DNA from: a virus
DNA length: 64,000 nucleotides
Reading direction: 5' to 3' (one strand)
IMG/VR virus record: IMGVR_UViG_3300028610_002494
Span: 47,838-111,837 of that record
The notes below the pieces were generated by a model. That model had not been told where the DNA came from, made no database searches, and worked only from the letters and a program-made list of their open reading frames with translations. This document shows, piece after piece, positions 61,001 to 64,000 of this stretch (position 1 is the stretch's first letter; every line of letters starts with the position of its first letter). The position numbers were made by a program, and so were the translations under genes.

Positions 61001-64000
61001 CTGCTCCATGGGATATTGCATGGGATGGAACTTATTTTAATGTCTTAGATCCAGGTAGTGATGATGTTCATAGATATCTCCCTGATGGTACATATATAAG
61101 TATGTGGGATGTATCTGGAATTGTCAATGTTCCAAGTGCTATTACATGGGATGGAACTTATTATTGGATAACAGATATAGATAATCCAGAAATTTATAAA
61201 TTTTCATATAATTATGATATTTCAAAAAAATATCATGGAGGTGGTCTGGTTTATATGCAAACTAATACAACCGAAACACTTAATCTTAGAAATATTGCTG
61301 GAGCTGATGTATATGTAGTTGAAGGTGAATATATGTATATTAATATTAATTCTACTACAGAAAATGTTAAATTAAAATTTTATCTTGATGGAGTTGAACA
61401 GGTTGAATATACCTTATTGGAGAATAATGTAAATCCAAATAAACAAACAATACTAATTAATATTGAAGCTGATTTCACGTTTGATTCGATAGAATTTATA
61501 GGAGAAGATATGAGTGATACTGAATATTTTGTTTGTTATGGATATGAAGTATATGGATATACATCTTCAGAGAGAGTATATGATATGTATGTTGATCCTG
61601 ATGGTAAAGATACTTTAATGTGTCAATTTGGGGATTATGAATTGGAAATTTATGAAAGGGATGGTGGTTCTTTTAGTTTACAAGAAGAAATGAATATTAC
61701 ATTAACTGAAGAATTATTAACTGTAATTTATGTTCCAGCACGAGTATGGTATTTCAAAATTTATCATTATGCTCATGAAATATCTGATATAGTAATTACT
61801 GGTTCTGAAAATAGAACACTTACAGCAGGAAGAGATGAGATTCTTGATTTGTTATTACAAGAGGGTGATTATATAGTTAATTGGACTAATGGAGAAAATG
61901 GAATATCTACAATTTATAATATTGCATTGTATTCTGGTCAGAGTTTAGTTCTTCCATCAACATATTATACGGTTTATTTCAGTTTATTTGATCAATATAG
62001 TAGAAGGGTAGATGATACTTTATTTACATTTTACCTAAATAACTCCAGAAAGGATTTTGGATCAGTTGAACTACTTTCAGCAGATTATAATATTACAGTA
62101 TTTGATTATTTAAATGTATCAGTATTTGACCAAACTGTAACATTGGAAACATTTACAGAATATAATATAATTATTACGGTATTTGAACTCCAAATTAGAC
62201 ATCTTGGGGAAGAGATTAGTAATATAACATTATTCGAAACTACAACCCATAATCATATAAATTTTTCGATGGCTCCTGATTCAATACGATTTTTTGTTTT
62301 GGCAAATTCAATCTATAATATTACATGGGTAAATGGAGAGAATATGTTTTCAACAACATATAATATAACCTTAGATGAAAACTATATTTTAACTTTAGAT
62401 ACTTCATATCATACAATATATTTTGGATTATTTACATATGATGGGCTTGGTTTAAATAGAGATTGGGTTAGATTTTATATAAATAATGAAAGAAGGGATT
62501 TTGGTCGAAATGTAATTCAATCTGAGTCAGCAAATTTATTAGTATTGGATTATTTCAATAATACATTAGCAAATGAGACAATTGATGTTTCTGTTTATTC
62601 TGAATATAATGTTTATGTTGAAGTTTATTCTTTATATCTTTTAAATCAATTTACTTATTATGATTTAATGATGAATATAACTCAAGTAGGTTCTGGATAT
62701 AATATGACACAATTAGTTCCTGCTTCCTCTGCTTTACTCTATAGATTTATTCCAAATGTTAATTATACTATTAATGCCTCTTATATTAACGGAACTGTAT
62801 ATAATATACGAACAATTAATTTAACTGAAAATAGTCAAATAGAGAGTTTTGGTGTTGCAAGTGTACCTGAAGAATATCCGAAAGATGTATATTTTGGCAT
62901 TTATACAACTACAGGTTTAGGAGTTAAACATGATTTGCTTAGATTTTATATAGATGGAAATAGAGCTGATTTTGGATTTAATTTAATCACAGATATGATT
63001 ATTAATATTACAGTCATGGATTTCTTTAATACTACATTGTTTACTAATCCAACTTTTAATACTTCTGGAATTTATGAGTATAATATTTTGATAACTTTAT
63101 ATTCCTTAAAAGTTAAAAATGAGGCAAGAGTATCAACAAATTATACATTAAAACATGGAGGGTTAGAAACAACTGGATATATACTTCCAGAGGAAATTAT
63201 AGAGTATCAGTTGGCTTCTGATAATTATGTATTTGACTATACCAATAATGAGGATGGATCTTCGGATACAATTAATATTAATTTAAATCAGGATAGGGTT
63301 TATATTCTAAATTCCACATATTACACTACTTATTTCAGTTTATATGACCAAAATGGTGTGCGATTGGATGATTCATTATTCTCATTATATTTAAATGGAA
63401 CCAGAAAAGATTTTGGATTTGTTGAATTAGAATCTCTTGATGTTCTTATTTTAGTACATGATTACTTAAATTTTACAGCTTTTAATAGTATTATTACTCT
63501 TAGTGGTTCTACAGAATATAATATAATAATTACTGTATATGAATTACAAATTAGACATTTAGCAAGAGTAAGTAGTAATATTTCTATATCAGAAACTACA
63601 ACACATAATCATATTAATTTTTCGATGTCTCCAATTTCTTTAAATAAATATATATTATCTGATTCAACTTATAATGTCACTTGGACAAACAGTGAGAATG
63701 GAATATCTATAATTTATGATATAACTTTAAATACAAATTATATTTTAACCTTAAATACTACTTATTATGACATTTTCTTCAGTCTATTTGATGTAAATTT
63801 ACATATAATAGATCCTTATCAATATGAATTTAGATTGAATGGTACAATTCATGATTTTGGGTTTGTAATAGATTTACAAACTGATAATTATACTATTACT
63901 GTTGCAGATAGATTCGGAACAAATCTATTCAATAATATTGTTAATCTAAGAGGTTTAAATGAATATAGAATTGATATCACACTATATGAACTTCAAATTA
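55018..64000 (+). CDS. Giant adhesin-like surface glycoprotein (>2990 aa, runs off window): ~7 LamG/ConA-like domains, beta-propeller, stalk repeats
   Basis: ATG 55018 with a signal peptide. I found no in-frame stop, and the track reports no closed ORF in this frame. Repeated GHKKVLE..D...GTIEFW...WYHI.I.F...YIDA.GYSWD units. Confidence 0.85.
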   Translation, partial: MTNLKKTKKFIILFILLFIFLSPIIFTHIDIPGNFVNPIISDWERGDGELSQYNETISEGDNLQEDIYYNFTSDLIDLFNCSAVYGAGYLEVEFKDGTWHTSDYYNITVQDLINYNDYIAGFEDFYDLVGNLSGWVDLSLGEANDALFSIFYSTEVYDYPATFSFENDTVGGDPANFTVYESGGTVNVSESIGKHRQVVELFDDQAGFDTELVQLSLENRTNGVIEFWMKTDDASNDCLFSLWDSGTEVLKFAIRDDDFDYYDGTWHEVLSPADDDTWYHIKVIFDASAYGLEGLEQYDWRLFINQVEYGDYNFINDQTHVDWANWSTSILDATYYYYVDAIGYSWESNGLYNATYSFTDEIDGTSGINIDFIDQVPSGSSVEVIASLGGHRKLIEYTATLDYPYNRHSFLSPQANGTIEFWAYVEQTNLRCMLYVYDETVNDILMVAFHEGGNIQYYGGGGFIDTGFTYAADIWYHIKIEFDCIDNWHLWIDGVSIDGGGGYVFQNNPTAMDGIYMRIKTGAVIYIDAWGESWDPFYTIGDNLEPTERYYFIGDNYNWNYYPATHDLENYDDTLSGNYYGSESFDYGTEPEVYYGTYDFRVYANGVEPNGWTSTNDGGCTTTIIASLDGHKKVLEIDDQNGVGLAKISNSFNVQTDGTVEFWVQGNNIAVGNLQINLYEGAIWCIRIRISGGNKIEQYNGTAWNTMVVFVEDIWYHIKLIFDDTADTFEFFVDGVSKGDFGYQINSVVGLDELRFNTIDGHNGFQYYIDAVGYSWDTTSHGGYGYTVGWNINPYDLVPLFDAGFMAPTEPDLRYSNYIRVLNYLDGHNNVLEMNHGTVANILEWYYNVWNAESGTHEFWWRSTDNTKDSYIKAYNNDWSSAFAIVFANGGNIVIGGENIISINSNQWYHIRIDFECGTGRYQGLMPDTFYMYVDGIRYGIFNFVTTGLYLYYTKWYSDADVSHSHYLDALGFSWDPDYCQNETTWNYENDYKSWNKNPYDITNLFPDNWDYYGVLNGTYSIDGEFGIHKKYLELYDDSDTNYYRGTDSFDYGTAAEWYYGTHDFVDEDIGDTNDDITFIDGGYSGTDSTYSATVIAGEDNHKKVIQFDAAGDNGVYAQWDHSLGTIIDGIIDFWVKYIDNGVGTHIIFLNDEGGASCIYVYFNSIDNKLYVRYGDGLGGTTTDSYDAAADTWHHLRFLIDCATDKQSIWLNGILLVDNENFYDDETAITMNEFRLRINNGAGANALQCYLDAYGESWDTTSHDGLGYELGYNINPYYLESLLEHGYEFNIDFSTSVNVQGILGGHNKILRLYDNTGGGYVSVKNYFDLSSPTIGTIEFWVRGDDPTDPLLIYAYDSFDLTVFYLKIEDDKMQYYTDAWHDVTDGAIAVNTWYHFRMVFDCDTDTYDIAINGVTKDVGVIFRDGADVDEIAKVHFTTTTADSNYNYYIDAFSYSWDLNYIVNDNYNDIGLQIWNTFSSNQTDDYLSFWINGDFDDYYEYIRIYLMQDNDFITSIMINSSFLYYLNGTSWVKDAAVTNAWHYIRIYFDTTADTYDLWFDNTNYTSYCDHGITFNLTLIDSDIPFQQTTTGIDRIMFETICGLDTPTYKIDALSYSWENSSLKLNLIPDEYAEFDVKIVIDTEEYYYICSDLYWAFLTESDEYVNFTWYNFDTDTWDVINRTYFEDSDGTPGPWTEYDISGGCWNATFFNSYINSSGHMLFRFKILDFNDEFEIYFDELRLSMIGYVHPTIEKDFDWRGIWRYRWFLQNASATWIWTDWTYYEVIPYHEGANFEGVSESPYSTYWKLMGSGTGVVERYSDDFDAGTWYLDGIGERTFIKPYGEGLDYLLYNYTNMGIVYTGVHWDTYAHGENPYGVASDGTYIYILDVGDDEVYKYLPDGTYISSWDTGVQTDVPMGLTWDGTYFWIVDRDAEEVYQYLPDGTYIDSWDTSVQTNVPMGIAWDGTHFWISDKNDAEVYQYLPDGTYIDSWDTSVQVAAPWDIAWDGTYFNVLDPGSDDVHRYLPDGTYISMWDVSGIVNVPSAITWDGTYYWITDIDNPEIYKFSYNYDISKKYHGGGLVYMQTNTTETLNLRNIAGADVYVVEGEYMYININSTTENVKLKFYLDGVEQVEYTLLENNVNPNKQTILINIEADFTFDSIEFIGEDMSDTEYFVCYGYEVYGYTSSERVYDMYVDPDGKDTLMCQFGDYELEIYERDGGSFSLQEEMNITLTEELLTVIYVPARVWYFKIYHYAHEISDIVITGSENRTLTAGRDEILDLLLQEGDYIVNWTNGENGISTIYNIALYSGQSLVLPSTYYTVYFSLFDQYSRRVDDTLFTFYLNNSRKDFGSVELLSADYNITVFDYLNVSVFDQTVTLETFTEYNIIITVFELQIRHLGEEISNITLFETTTHNHINFSMAPDSIRFFVLANSIYNITWVNGENMFSTTYNITLDENYILTLDTSYHTIYFGLFTYDGLGLNRDWVRFYINNERRDFGRNVIQSESANLLVLDYFNNTLANETIDVSVYSEYNVYVEVYSLYLLNQFTYYDLMMNITQVGSGYNMTQLVPASSALLYRFIPNVNYTINASYINGTVYNIRTINLTENSQIESFGVASVPEEYPKDVYFGIYTTTGLGVKHDLLRFYIDGNRADFGFNLITDMIINITVMDFFNTTLFTNPTFNTSGIYEYNILITLYSLKVKNEARVSTNYTLKHGGLETTGYILPEEIIEYQLASDNYVFDYTNNEDGSSDTININLNQDRVYILNSTYYTTYFSLYDQNGVRLDDSLFSLYLNGTRKDFGFVELESLDVLILVHDYLNFTAFNSIITLSGSTEYNIIITVYELQIRHLARVSSNISISETTTHNHINFSMSPISLNKYILSDSTYNVTWTNSENGISIIYDITLNTNYILTLNTTYYDIFFSLFDVNLHIIDPYQYEFRLNGTIHDFGFVIDLQTDNYTITVADRFGTNLFNNIVNLRGLNEYRIDITLYELQI
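60586..61209 (+). repeat. Five 126-bp (42-aa) coding tandem repeats, beta-propeller blades
   Basis: YLPDGTYIDSWDTSVQT.VPMGIAWDGT.FWI.D....EVYQ units; central copies near-identical in DNA. Confidence 0.85.

Larger units (their letters stand above)
1..64000 (+). mobile_element. Segment of a large archaeal virus / extrachromosomal element, probable Lokiarchaeia (Asgard) host
   Basis: One-strand gene layout; own PolB, primase, helicase, topoisomerase and integrase; many small orphan ORFs; no housekeeping operons; archaeal promoters; Loki-typical domains at 43097, 50129 and 55018 (recognised from memory). Confidence 0.75.

Noticed and set aside
55018-64000. Diversity-generating retroelement acting on the adhesin
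   Set aside because: No reverse transcriptase and no adenine-specific TR/VR pair seen; the repeats are in-frame coding duplications.

Overview
Very AT-rich, gene-dense window with essentially all credible genes on the + strand. It has archaeal-type promoters (BRE/TATA) and Shine-Dalgarno sites. The content fits a segment of a large archaeal virus or extrachromosomal element. The host is most likely Lokiarchaeia (Asgard), inferred from protein families I recognise from memory as Loki-typical; no search was run. Layout: (1) 0.2-3.8 kb, DNA-hypermodification and nucleotide module (GNAT, standalone ATP-cone, amino acid:DNA transferase-like aGPT-PPlase2, dUTPase); three of its proteins share a C-terminal KKIWEY[F/Y] tag. 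(2) 3.8-12 kb, glycan-tailoring cluster (GT4, three SAM methyltransferases, nucleotidyltransferase, two radical SAM enzymes). (3) 12-21 kb, replication module (family B polymerase with unusual motifs A/B, Cas4-like nuclease, DNA methyltransferase, frameshifted PriS-PriL fusion primase, wHTH-SLOG protein, tyrosine recombinase). (4) 22-32 and 39-41 kb, arrays of small ORFs punctuated by two dispersed repeat families: a covarying bulged hairpin (6 copies) and a TATAAAC-N3-GTTTATA dyad (13 copies across the window). (5) SF2 Fe-S helicase followed by a nested inverted repeat (candidate origin), a GHKL ATPase and topoisomerase IA. (6) 47.6-64 kb, membrane-anchored surface proteins, ending in a >2990-aa adhesin-like ORF that the ORF track omits and that has nested lectin-like domains. 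I recognised no capsid, terminase, rRNA, tRNA or CRISPR array.
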